Assembly (NCBI RefSeq): GCF_000186885.1
Contig: NC_014972.1
Coordinates: 2,520,001-2,552,000 of the forward strand
Source: Desulfobulbus propionicus DSM 2032
GTDB taxonomy: Bacteria > Desulfobacterota > Desulfobulbia > Desulfobulbales > Desulfobulbaceae
Length of the DNA: 32,000 nt
Direction of reading: 5' to 3'
Shown: one piece after another, positions 16,049-24,841 of the stretch
Layout: every line of letters begins with the position of its first letter
Position numbering within the stretch: position 1 is the stretch's first letter
The notes under the pieces: model-generated
Databases searched by the model: none
The model's input: only the letters and a program-made list of their open reading frames with translations
Told to the model about the DNA's origin: nothing
Position numbers and translations under genes: made by a program

Positions 16049-16708
16049 ATGCCGGTCGCCGAGGAGCCGATCCTCCCTGAGCCAGCGCCCGATCCTATCC
16101 CTGAACCTGTGCCCGAACCGGAACCACCGATCGACCTTGATGCCATTCGCCAGGAAGCCTACAATCAAGGGATGGCGGACCAATCCGCCCGATTGCAAGC
16201 GGAAATCGAGCATGCGGTTCTAGCTTTTGGCGAGGCTTGCCAAAAAATTGACCAGCAGCGCCAACGCCTGCTCGACCACAGCCGGGGCGACCTGATCAAC
16301 CTGATCATCGGCCTGAGCAAGAAGATCGTTGGCCAGGAATTGGTCACGCAACGCAACATTATCGCCACCACCCTGCAGACGGCCCTGGAAGAGGCGATTG
16401 CCAGCGAGGAGTACTATGTCACCCTCCATCCGGACGATCTGGCCGTCGCCGAGGCCAAGGTTCCGGCCCTGATCGCCTCAATTCGCGGGCTGGAGCGGAT
16501 CGTGTTCAAAACCGACAGCACGCTCACCCGTGGAGGATGTCTCCTGGAATCGGCCAACTGCACGGTGGATGCCACCATCGAGGGGCAGTTGGCGAGCATC
16601 GAGGAGTTGCTGCATGAGCGTCCCGAGCTGATCCCCTTGTCCACCGAGGACCAATTGTCTTCCCAGTCCCTGACTGCGGATGATGCGCAGGACGGCCATC
16701 ACTCTTGA
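16049..16708 (+). CDS. fliH: Flagellar export ATPase regulator FliH, as the 219-aa ORF downstream of the in-frame TAG.
   Basis: It lies between fliG and fliI. It has a central coiled coil (AYNQGMADQSARLQAEIEHAVLAFGEA) and a C-terminal FliH-type domain (LTRGGCLLESANCTVDATIEGQLASIEELL). CAGGAGA lies 6 nt upstream of the ATG. Confidence 0.85.
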   Translation: MPVAEEPILPEPAPDPIPEPVPEPEPPIDLDAIRQEAYNQGMADQSARLQAEIEHAVLAFGEACQKIDQQRQRLLDHSRGDLINLIIGLSKKIVGQELVTQRNIIATTLQTALEEAIASEEYYVTLHPDDLAVAEAKVPALIASIRGLERIVFKTDSTLTRGGCLLESANCTVDATIEGQLASIEELLHERPELIPLSTEDQLSSQSLTADDAQDGHHS

Positions 16709-16804
16709 TGGCCGCAACGGCCCAACCAACTGATCCAGGTGTCCGGGGCAATGTGCAGTTGCTGCCCAGAGCTCTTTTCCTTCCGTTTAGATGAATCGCT
16801 CGCC

Positions 16805-18184
16805 ATGGCCAACGTATCCGATTTGCTCACCGCCTTTTCTCCCATCCGTGTCTACGGCCAGGTGCACCGTATCGTCGGCCTGGTGGTCGAGGGCACCTGC
16901 GCCCGTTCCTCCATCGGTTCCCTCTGTGAACTGTTTCCGCTCCAGGACGGCGAGGTCATTCCCGCCGAGATCGTCGGCTACAGCAATAACCGGGCCCTGT
17001 TGATGCCCTTGGGCGAGTTGCGCGGCCTGGGACCAGGCAGCCGCATTCGGGTCAAGAAGGAACAGGCCACCATCAGCGTCGGCGACGGCTTGCTCGGTCG
17101 GGTACTCGACGGCATGGCCCAGCCGCTCGATCAAGGGCCGCCCCTGTACCTGCCCCACGAAAAGGCGCTCTATTCCTTGCCGCCGGGGCCAATGCAGCGT
17201 GACGCCATCACCCAGCCACTCGATCTCGGCATCCGGGCGATCAACGGCCTGCTGACCTGCGGCATCGGCCAGCGCATGGGGATCATGGCCGGATCGGGGG
17301 TGGGCAAGAGCGTGCTGCTGGGTATGATGGCCAAGTACGCCAAGGCGGACATCAACGTCATCGCCCTGATCGGCGAGCGCGGCCGCGAAGTCAAGGAATT
17401 CATCGAACGCGATCTGGGCAAGGAAAGTCTTGCCCATTCGGTGATTGTCGCCGTCACCTCGGATCAGTCGCCGCTGTTGCGCATGCGTGGCGCCTTCGTC
17501 GCCACCGCCATTGCCGAGTATTTTTGTCAGCGGGGCAAGAACGTGCTGTTGATGATGGATTCGGTGACCCGCTTTGCCATGGCCATGCGCGAGATCGGCC
17601 TGTCCATCGGCGAACCGCCCACTACCAAGGGCTACACGCCGAGCGTGTTCGCCACTCTGCCCAAGCTGCTGGAACGGGCCGGAAATTTCCAGCACCAGGG
17701 TTCGATCACCGGCCTGTACACGGTGCTGGTGGACGGCGACGACTTGACCGAACCGGTGGCCGACTCGGTTCGTTCCATCCTCGATGGCCACATCGTGCTC
17801 TCCCGCAGCATTGCCGCCAAGAATCATTACCCGGCCATCGACGTGATGATGTCCACCAGCCGGGTCATGCGTGACATCACCACCTCCCGCCACCGGGAAT
17901 TGGCCGGCAAGGCCCGCAGCGTCATGGCCATATACCGGGAATCCGAGGACCTGATCAACATCGGTGCCTATGCCACGGGCAGCAATAAGAAAATCGACTA
18001 TGCCATCTCACGGATGGACGCCATCAATGCCTTCCTCACCCAAGGATTCGAGGAATCCTCAACCCTTGAGGAAACTATTGCCGCCATGGGCGAGCTGGTC
18101 AGCGACCGCCAGGGAAACGACCGCAGGCGAGCGGGGCGCAAGGGATTTGATCGACGAAAAACCGATATGTCGGCCGACGAGTGA
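16805..18184 (+). CDS. fliI: Flagellum-specific ATPase FliI.
   Basis: Walker A GSGVGKS, Walker B VLLMMDSVTRFA, and YPAIDVMMSTSR. The start at ATG 16805 (MANVSDLL...RVYGQV) was preferred over GTG 16739 because codon usage in between is atypical. The start is uncertain. Confidence 0.9.
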   Translation: MANVSDLLTAFSPIRVYGQVHRIVGLVVEGTCARSSIGSLCELFPLQDGEVIPAEIVGYSNNRALLMPLGELRGLGPGSRIRVKKEQATISVGDGLLGRVLDGMAQPLDQGPPLYLPHEKALYSLPPGPMQRDAITQPLDLGIRAINGLLTCGIGQRMGIMAGSGVGKSVLLGMMAKYAKADINVIALIGERGREVKEFIERDLGKESLAHSVIVAVTSDQSPLLRMRGAFVATAIAEYFCQRGKNVLLMMDSVTRFAMAMREIGLSIGEPPTTKGYTPSVFATLPKLLERAGNFQHQGSITGLYTVLVDGDDLTEPVADSVRSILDGHIVLSRSIAAKNHYPAIDVMMSTSRVMRDITTSRHRELAGKARSVMAIYRESEDLINIGAYATGSNKKIDYAISRMDAINAFLTQGFEESSTLEETIAAMGELVSDRQGNDRRRAGRKGFDRRKTDMSADE

Positions 18185-18624
18185 TGAAACCTTTCACCAT
18201 GCATGCGGTCCTCAACTACCGGCGGCAGCTGGAGGATGCTGCGCAAAAACAGCTTTTTCGCGCCCTGGAAGTCGAGGCCCGGCTCCAGGAGGCTTTGGTG
18301 CGGGTAGAAGAGGAATTGGCCGCGCTCTATTATGGCTTGCAGCGGGAACAGAAACAGGGAACCACGGTCGACCGGCTGGTGCTGTTCAATCAGAGAATCG
18401 ATCTGGTCAAGGCCCAGGTTGAACGGCGCAGAACCGAATTGCAGAAACAACAGGTCCAGGTCGCCAAAAAACGGCAGCATTTGATCAAGACCAGCAAGGA
18501 CCGGAAAATCATCGAAAAACTCGAGGAACAGCAAAATGCCGCGTACAGACAATATATTGACAAAAAAGAAGCCGGCATGCTCGACGAGATTGCCGTGCTC
18601 TCCCATGAACGCAGGCGCCCCTAG
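18184..18624 (+). CDS. fliJ: Flagellar export chaperone/stalk protein FliJ.
   Basis: About 146 aa, all coiled coil (LNYRRQLEDAAQKQL...KIIEKLEEQQ). TGATG overlap with the fliI stop. Confidence 0.8.
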   Translation: MKPFTMHAVLNYRRQLEDAAQKQLFRALEVEARLQEALVRVEEELAALYYGLQREQKQGTTVDRLVLFNQRIDLVKAQVERRRTELQKQQVQVAKKRQHLIKTSKDRKIIEKLEEQQNAAYRQYIDKKEAGMLDEIAVLSHERRRP

Positions 18625-19183
18625 CACCGACTGGCACCGCTGTGCGCGGACATGCCGCTTCTTGGCCGTGTCGTTCGCCGCTCAACTCCTTGTGGCCATT
18701 GGTTTGTTGCATCCAGCAGCCGGCCAGGAACAGGCCGCGACCGAGGCCCCTGCGAAAACGCAGCAGGATCAGCAGTATGGCTCGGTGGAAGAACGGCGGA
18801 TCATGGAATCCCTGCAGGCCGGAGGCGCCTCCCCCTTTGCCCGCGAGCGCGACGAGCTGGACAACAAGAAAAAGGAACTAAAGAGATTGGAAAGCGAAGT
18901 CGATAAGAAAATCGAACAGCTCAACCAACTCCGGGTGCGAATCGAAAAGCTCCTCGAACAAAAGGATGCGGAAGAGCAGAAGCGGACCCTGGAACTCGCC
19001 AAGATGTACGAAAAAATGACTGCGGACAAGGCCGCCATGGTCCTTGGCACGGTCGATCAGGAACTCGCGATTTCCATTCTTGCCAAGATGAAGACCAAAT
19101 CCGCCGCCAAAATCCTCAGCAACATGGAACGGGACAAGGCGGCCAAATTAACCACAGCCTTTTCAACCCTGGATACCCGGTAA
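18605..19183 (+). CDS. YlxF/MotE-like membrane-anchored flagellar protein.
   Basis: It occupies the position between fliJ and fliK, like ylxF in the Bacillus fla/che operon. N-terminal anchor RFLAVSFAAQLLVAIGLL, a coiled coil, and a C-terminal MgtE-N-like pattern (MTADKAAMVLGTVDQELAISILAKMKTKSAAKILSNM). The start is uncertain. Confidence 0.6.
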   Translation: MNAGAPSTDWHRCARTCRFLAVSFAAQLLVAIGLLHPAAGQEQAATEAPAKTQQDQQYGSVEERRIMESLQAGGASPFARERDELDNKKKELKRLESEVDKKIEQLNQLRVRIEKLLEQKDAEEQKRTLELAKMYEKMTADKAAMVLGTVDQELAISILAKMKTKSAAKILSNMERDKAAKLTTAFSTLDTR

Positions 19184-19189
19184 AACCCT

Positions 19190-20884
19190 ATGCACGCTCT
19201 TGCCCCTGTCCCTGTCGAACTGATGCCAACCGGTCAAGCGGCCGCATCGTCTCCCTCGACAGGACAGGAAGGCCTTTTCGCCTCCCACTTGAGAACAGCC
19301 AGCCAAAGCAAGGGGATGGTAACTGATCGACAAAGCGACAACACCGTGCAAGGAACTGAAATTCCTACCGCCGGTGAAACGGCAGGGAATGCCGCTGCCC
19401 CCCCCGTTGCTCTTGCCGACAACGGCGGACGGAGCGCTGTTGCCACGGATAACGAGATCAGCGAAAAAGAGGCAAACCAGGTGAGCAATTCCGGAGGGGG
19501 ACAATTCTCCGCTGAGGCAGTCCTGCTGCAAGGAACAGCTTGGCCGGAACCAACCCCTCGCTCTATTGTGCAAAGTCTTGCCGAATCCTTGGGAACGACC
19601 ATACCGGATGCACACGAACGCATCTCGGCCGGTCGTGTTCACGAATCCACCGTCGGGCGCATGTTGCAGGGGCTGTCGCAGGACCCTTCGCCTTTTCAGA
19701 CAGCCGCCTCGACATCAGCGACGGTTTCCCAAAAGGACGGAACTGCCTCAACCAGTGGACCACTACCAGCTCAGCACATCGGTCCTGATGCCAACACCTC
19801 CCCCATCAGCTCCACGACAGCGGCCTTGCTGGGCCTGCAATCGGCCGGCAACAGCAATGCATCCGCTGCCGCCATTGGCTTGAGCCGCGGGGGGCAAACC
19901 AGCGGGCCTCTGCCAGCTCAGCGCACCGGTCCTGATACCAACACCTCCCCCATCCAACTGGGAGCTGGGATACTGCCAGACGCGGCCAATCAGACCGGGG
20001 CCGCCCAACCAAATGGGCCGCAGATGATCCAGAATCAGTATGGCCAAGTCATTACCATCTATCAGGGGACCGGTAACGAGGAAGAGGCCGGCGTGAGCGG
20101 CAGCCCGGGAACAACGACCGCCACTGGGACGGAAAGCAAAAACCTAGATTTCAAGAACAATTACATCCACTCCCATCTCCCCAACGAAGCGCCGCAAAAT
20201 GCGGCCGCCCAGGGAGAGTCCCGGCAAACCGACAATTCAGCCCTTGATCAGCAGCCGGAAATAAGCAATGCCCTGAACACCGAGACAGATGCGGCTGCAA
20301 CCATGGAATCGTTGCAGCCGCAAAAAGGGCCCATGACCTTCGGCCAGGACAACCTGCCGTTCATGGTTTCCCCGCAACGGCCAACCAGCCAGCCCGGCTT
20401 CACCCATGCAGCGATGGAGCCGCCGATGTACCGCCTGCCTTCCGGGACCGTTGTCCCTGAAGGAACTGTGGTCGAGCAGATGGTCGCCCATCTGTCGGTG
20501 AACAAACGCCTTGAAACCGGCACCGTCAATCTCAGGCTCCATCCTCAGGAACTGGGGGAATTACGGCTGGAAATCAAGGTGGAACAGGACAATATCAAGG
20601 CTCATATTGTTGCCCAGAATCCCCAGGCCCAGGAAATGATCGACCGCCATCTGCCTCGCCTGCGTGAGGCTCTGGAGCAGCAGGGGTTGAATCTCCAGCA
20701 GGTGGAAGTCACCGTCGCCGCCAACGACAACACCCGCGGAGAACAGTTTCAGGAAAACAGCACCTGGCAGCAACCCAGCCGGTCCCCGCGCAACAGGATG
20801 GATGCACGATTCACCCTTGAAATGGATGAAAATTTCCCCAAAGAACCAGAAGCAACCACCAGCAATCTGAGTGTCGTCGCGTAA
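19190..20884 (+). CDS. fliK: Flagellar hook-length control protein FliK.
   Basis: The N-terminal two-thirds is low-complexity and Ser/Thr/Pro/Gln/Ala-rich. The C-terminal FliK domain reads VNLRLHPQELGELRLEIKVEQDNIKAHIVAQNPQAQEMIDRHLPRLREALEQQGL. Confidence 0.88.
   Translation: MHALAPVPVELMPTGQAAASSPSTGQEGLFASHLRTASQSKGMVTDRQSDNTVQGTEIPTAGETAGNAAAPPVALADNGGRSAVATDNEISEKEANQVSNSGGGQFSAEAVLLQGTAWPEPTPRSIVQSLAESLGTTIPDAHERISAGRVHESTVGRMLQGLSQDPSPFQTAASTSATVSQKDGTASTSGPLPAQHIGPDANTSPISSTTAALLGLQSAGNSNASAAAIGLSRGGQTSGPLPAQRTGPDTNTSPIQLGAGILPDAANQTGAAQPNGPQMIQNQYGQVITIYQGTGNEEEAGVSGSPGTTTATGTESKNLDFKNNYIHSHLPNEAPQNAAAQGESRQTDNSALDQQPEISNALNTETDAAATMESLQPQKGPMTFGQDNLPFMVSPQRPTSQPGFTHAAMEPPMYRLPSGTVVPEGTVVEQMVAHLSVNKRLETGTVNLRLHPQELGELRLEIKVEQDNIKAHIVAQNPQAQEMIDRHLPRLREALEQQGLNLQQVEVTVAANDNTRGEQFQENSTWQQPSRSPRNRMDARFTLEMDENFPKEPEATTSNLSVVA
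19751..19954 (+). repeat. Two copies of a 57-bp direct repeat (19751-19807 and 19898-19954, 147-bp period) inside fliK.
   Basis: 50 of 57 nt are identical. They encode TSGPLPAQHIGPDANTSPI and TSGPLPAQRTGPDTNTSPI. Confidence 0.85.
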
Positions 20885-20899
20885 ATACAGGAGACCGTC

Positions 20900-21580
20900 A
20901 TGGCTACCGTTGAAGGAGTGAGCTCATCGACCTCGACAACGACAACAGCGACCAGCAAAGCCCTGGGGCAGGATGACTTTCTCACCCTGCTGGTTGCCCA
21001 GTTGCAGAACCAGGATCCAATGAATCCAGCCGATGCCACGGAATTTACGGCCCAACTGGCTCAGTACAGCCAGCTGGAACAGCTGTTCAACCTCAACGAC
21101 GCGATGGATGAACTCACCAGCGCCACCACGGAATCGCAAAACATTTCGACCCTGAGCCTGATTGGCCAGGATGTGGTGGTCGAGGGGGCCAAGTTCACCC
21201 TCGGAGAGGCGCCGGTGCAGATCGGCTATAAAGTGGACGGCTCGGTTTCCGGTTTAAGTATTTTTATCAAGAACAGCTCGGGTAAAACCGTTGCCACCCT
21301 TTCCGCGAGCGATCTTGGCGAAGGAAATCATTTTCTCACCTGGGACGGCAAGGATGCGAATGGCAAGGCCTTGGATGCCGGCACCTACTCCATGGAGCTC
21401 AACGCCAAGAGCACGGATACCAGCGCCACGGTAACGCCGCTGATCCGCTCCACAGTGACGGGAGTGGATCTCAGCGGCAGCGAACCCATGGTGGTCACTG
21501 GATCGGGGCAGTACAGGGTGTCAGCGGTGTACGGCGCCTATGACAGCGACCAAGGCGCTCTCGACAGCAGCGCGGAATGA
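20900..21580 (+). CDS. flgD: Flagellar hook assembly/capping protein FlgD.
   Basis: LGQDDFLTLLVAQLQNQDPMNPADATEFTAQLAQYSQLEQL. AGGAGA lies upstream of the ATG. Confidence 0.92.
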   Translation: MATVEGVSSSTSTTTTATSKALGQDDFLTLLVAQLQNQDPMNPADATEFTAQLAQYSQLEQLFNLNDAMDELTSATTESQNISTLSLIGQDVVVEGAKFTLGEAPVQIGYKVDGSVSGLSIFIKNSSGKTVATLSASDLGEGNHFLTWDGKDANGKALDAGTYSMELNAKSTDTSATVTPLIRSTVTGVDLSGSEPMVVTGSGQYRVSAVYGAYDSDQGALDSSAE

Positions 21581-21661
21581 TACCGGTCTGCAATGAACGA
21601 CCTATCTCTGACGCAATGGACGGCGCGGGGATAATTGAGGAGAAGAGGACAACACGGTGTT

Positions 21662-21677
21662 CGGCGCTTGCCGTGCA
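21662..21677 (+). promoter_or_regulatory. Weak candidate sigma-54 promoter upstream of flgE.
   Basis: CGGCGC-TTGCC-GTGCA has correct GG/GC spacing, but both elements are degenerate. Confidence 0.25.
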
Positions 21678-21737
21678 TGATTCTCCAGTCTGACCACAAC
21701 CAATTATCCAATACAGACCAACCATGCGGAGGTTGTC

Positions 21738-23042
21738 ATGGGTATTCAAAGTGCATTATACAGCGGAGTCAGCGGACTCAACACCAACTCCCAGGCCATG
21801 AGCGTTATCGGCAACAACCTGGCCAACACCAACACCCTTGGATTCAAGGGGTCGCGCAGTATCTTCTCCGATCTCCTGTCCAGCAATGTGTTCGGCTCCG
21901 GCGGCACCTCCCAGGTCGGTCGCGGCGTGGGACTCTCCATCGTGGACAGTATTTACAGCCAGGGAACCTTTGAAACCACCTCTTCGGACACCGACGTGGC
22001 CATTGAGGGGGTCGGCTTTTTTGTGCTCAAGGAAGCAGGCAACGACACCGCCTATTACAGCCGGGCCGGCGCGTTCCGTTTCGACGACGAAGGCTATCTG
22101 GTCAACCCGGAAGGGTTCAGGGTCCAGGGCAAACTGTTCGATCCCACCAACAACTCCACACTGCTCCCCATGGATCCCACGGACATCCAGGTGGCCAATG
22201 TCGGCCTGATCGAGGCCAACCCGACCTCGGAACTGACCTTCACCACCAACCTGGACGAAAACTCCACGGTCATCAGTTCCGCTACCCCGATTGATCCCAA
22301 CAACAACGCCACCTACAACTATTCCGCCTCGAGCCAGATTTTCGACTCCCTGGGAGAGTCGCACCTGATCACCGTGTACTGGCGCTTGGTCAACGATGCG
22401 ACCAATACCTGGGAAGCCGCCTACACCATCGACAACGACGCGGCAACGATCACCGCCATCACCGACTTTGACGCCTCGACCGCGGGTAACCAGGCCATGT
22501 CCTTCGACAATATCGGCAAAGCCCCCGACACCAACGGCGACGGCGTTCCCGACCCCTTTACCACCACGGTCGGGCCGATCACCTGGGCCAACGGCGCGGC
22601 CACCTCGACCATTGAACTCTCCTTTGACTGCACCCAGTACGACAGCGATTCGATCGTCATCGGCCAGCAACAAAACGGCTATGCGGCCGGAGAACTGACC
22701 AACGTGTCGATCAACTCCGAGGGCGTGGTGGTGGCCTCCTATTCCAACGGCCGCCAGATCAACATTTCCCAGCTGGTGTTGGCCAAATTCCAGAACCCCG
22801 GCGGCCTGAAGCTGGCGGGAGCCAATCGCTACATCGCTCCCGCCGAGGCTGGCACCATCCGGGTTGGCCTGCCCGGACCGGAACTGGGCAAACTCTTCAC
22901 CAACTCCCTCGAACAATCCAACGTCGACATGGGCCAGGAATTCGTCAAGATGATCACCACCCAACGCGGCTTTCAGGCCAACTCCAAGATCATCACCACC
23001 GTCGACGAAATGCTGAGCGAACTGATCAACCTCAAACGGTAA
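21738..23042 (+). CDS. flgE: Flagellar hook protein FlgE.
   Basis: MGIQSALYSGVSGLNTNSQAMSVIGNNLANTNTLGFKGSR at the N-terminus. C-terminal LEQSNVDMGQEFVKMITTQRGFQANSKIITTVDEML. GGAGG lies 5 nt upstream of the ATG. Confidence 0.95.
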   Translation: MGIQSALYSGVSGLNTNSQAMSVIGNNLANTNTLGFKGSRSIFSDLLSSNVFGSGGTSQVGRGVGLSIVDSIYSQGTFETTSSDTDVAIEGVGFFVLKEAGNDTAYYSRAGAFRFDDEGYLVNPEGFRVQGKLFDPTNNSTLLPMDPTDIQVANVGLIEANPTSELTFTTNLDENSTVISSATPIDPNNNATYNYSASSQIFDSLGESHLITVYWRLVNDATNTWEAAYTIDNDAATITAITDFDASTAGNQAMSFDNIGKAPDTNGDGVPDPFTTTVGPITWANGAATSTIELSFDCTQYDSDSIVIGQQQNGYAAGELTNVSINSEGVVVASYSNGRQINISQLVLAKFQNPGGLKLAGANRYIAPAEAGTIRVGLPGPELGKLFTNSLEQSNVDMGQEFVKMITTQRGFQANSKIITTVDEMLSELINLKR

Positions 23043-23073
23043 GCGGACAGTTAAAAGTCATTTTTCCGACACG

Positions 23074-23115
23074 CGGCTGCTTCGATCAGACGATCGGGGC
23101 AGCCGTTCTTTGTTT
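23074..23115 (+). terminator. Rho-independent terminator after flgE.
   Basis: CGGCTGCTTCGATC-AGAC-GATCGGGGCAGCCG forms a 14-bp stem with two G-U pairs and a 4-nt loop, followed by TTCTTTGTTT. Confidence 0.75.
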
Positions 23116-23177
23116 CCCGCTTCCGTTTCTTCCCCTATTTTTCCGCACCTTGGCGATCTCACTCTCAACGCGTACCC

Positions 23178-23193
23178 TGGCATTTTACTTGCT
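23178..23193 (+). promoter_or_regulatory. Sigma-54 (-24/-12) promoter for motA-motB-fliL...
   Basis: TGGCAT-TTTAC-TTGCT has exact consensus spacing and is the best match in the window. It lies 94 nt upstream of the motA GTG. Confidence 0.65.
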
Positions 23194-23286
23194 AACTTGC
23201 CATTGATCAGGATATTCGGTACACTCTGCCTACCGGGTGCGCTGCTTGCTCCTGTCCATTTTTCTTGAGCTAAAAGGATTACACGC

Positions 23287-24051
23287 GTGGATATAGCAAC
23301 CATAATCGGTATCGTGGTTTCCTTCGGTTTGATGATCTGGGCCATTCTCATGGGCGGGCCGCTCAGCATCTTTATCGATGTCCCCTCGATCGCCATTGTT
23401 TTCGGCGGCACCGCCGGCGTGGCCCTGATCAATTTTCCCCTGGCCGATGTGATCGGCACCATCGCCATCTTCAAAAAAACCGTTTTCATCAAAGAAGCCG
23501 AAACCAACAAGATCATTGTCCAGATGCTGGAATTCGCCAACAAGGCGCGCAAGGGCGGCATCCTTTCCCTGCAGGATCAGATTGATTCCATCGACGACAA
23601 ATTCATGGTCAAGGCCCTGCAGATGGCGGTCGACGGCCAGGAGCCCGCCGAACTCAAGGCGATGCTGCTCAACGAAATCGACAATATCGCGGCCCGGCAC
23701 AGCAATGGCGCGCAAATTCTCGATACCATGGGAGCCATTGCCCCAGCCATGGGCATGGTCGGCACCCTGATCGGCCTGGTGCAGATGTTGCAAAACATGA
23801 GCGATCCGGCCGCCATCGGCCCGGCCATGGCCGTGGCCCTGCTCACCACTTTTTACGGGGCGGTATTGGCCAATGTCCTGTTCATTCCCATGGCCGGCAA
23901 ACTGAAAACCCGGTCAAAGACCGAGGTATTGCAAAAAACGATGATCACCGAAGGCATGGAATCGATTCTTTCCGGTGAAAATCCCCGGGTGATGGAACAG
24001 CGGCTGCACACCTATCTGGCGCCGAAAAAACGCGAGTCGGTGTTCAAGTAA
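23287..24051 (+). CDS. motA: Flagellar stator protein MotA/PomA.
   Basis: The GTG start gives MDIATIIGIVVSFGLMIWAI. AIAPAMGMVGTLIGLVQML...AMAVALLTTFYGAVLANVLFIPMAGKL. Confidence 0.92.
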   Translation: MDIATIIGIVVSFGLMIWAILMGGPLSIFIDVPSIAIVFGGTAGVALINFPLADVIGTIAIFKKTVFIKEAETNKIIVQMLEFANKARKGGILSLQDQIDSIDDKFMVKALQMAVDGQEPAELKAMLLNEIDNIAARHSNGAQILDTMGAIAPAMGMVGTLIGLVQMLQNMSDPAAIGPAMAVALLTTFYGAVLANVLFIPMAGKLKTRSKTEVLQKTMITEGMESILSGENPRVMEQRLHTYLAPKKRESVFK

Positions 24052-24066
24052 GCAAAGAGGGCAACC

Positions 24067-24813
24067 ATGGCAAAAGAACCCGAATGTCCGCCGCCCGGCC
24101 TGCCGATGTGGATGGCCACCTACAGCGACCTGGTGACCCTACTGCTCACCTTTTTCGTCCTGTTGCTGACCATGGCCAGCATGGACCCGACCAAATTCGA
24201 GCAGGCCAAAACCTCGATCAAGGATGCCTTCGGCTGGCGCACCACCGCGGCCCCGGTTCCCTTTTCTTTGCCCATATTGCCCTCGCCGCCCAAGGCGAAA
24301 TTCACGCCCATCCCCCGGGAAACGGCCGTGCCCCGCTTCAAGCGCATTAAAAACGATCTGGAACTGGCCAAATTGCAAGCCCAGGTGGAAGCCGTGCAAC
24401 AAGACAACGATTCCATCATCCTGCGCATTCATGAATCCGTCCTCTTCGATGAGGGGCAGGCCACGCTCAATCCCGCATCCTATCCCATCCTCCGCAAGGT
24501 GGCCGATATTATCCGCCCTTTGCCGATGAGCATGCGCATCGAGGGACATACCGATTCCACCCCCATGGCCGGCGCCACAACCTCCAACTGGGATCTGTCG
24601 GTGGCGCGGGCGGTCGCGGTGATGAGCTTTTATCACCGCGGTGAACTGTTTGCCCTGGATCGCATGTCCGCCGCCGGTTATGGCGACACCCGCCCGCTGG
24701 CGCCCAACACCACCAAGGACAACATGGCGAAAAACCGTCGGGTTGATTTTGTGTTGCGCAGCAATCGCACCGTGGCAGAGGACAGCAAACCAGTCACCCC
24801 CATCCCCTTCTGA
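24067..24813 (+). CDS. motB: Flagellar stator protein MotB/PomB (OmpA-like C-terminus).
   Basis: WMATYSDLVTLLLTFFVLLL contains the conserved channel Asp. OmpA-like NWDLSVARA...GYGDTRPLAPNTT...NRRVDFVL. Confidence 0.92.
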   Translation: MAKEPECPPPGLPMWMATYSDLVTLLLTFFVLLLTMASMDPTKFEQAKTSIKDAFGWRTTAAPVPFSLPILPSPPKAKFTPIPRETAVPRFKRIKNDLELAKLQAQVEAVQQDNDSIILRIHESVLFDEGQATLNPASYPILRKVADIIRPLPMSMRIEGHTDSTPMAGATTSNWDLSVARAVAVMSFYHRGELFALDRMSAAGYGDTRPLAPNTTKDNMAKNRRVDFVLRSNRTVAEDSKPVTPIPF

Positions 24814-24841
24814 AAAAAACTTTGCCCTCAAGGACGAGATC

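Noticed and set aside
16739-16804. GTG-16739 or ATG-16751 upstream starts for fliI (MSGAMCSCCPELFSFRLDESLA extension).
   Set aside because: The extension is Cys-rich with atypical codons (TTA, CGT, AGT) and has no SD. ATG 16805 gives a typical FliI N-terminus. The start remains uncertain.
17964-18184. Basic tail of about 27 aa at the FliI C-terminus (SDRQGNDRRRAGRKGFDRRKTDMSADE), considered as a possible separate feature or frameshift.
   Set aside because: It is in frame and contiguous with fliI, and it ends with the TGATG coupling to fliJ. It is most simply a lineage-specific disordered tail, and there is no evidence of recoding.
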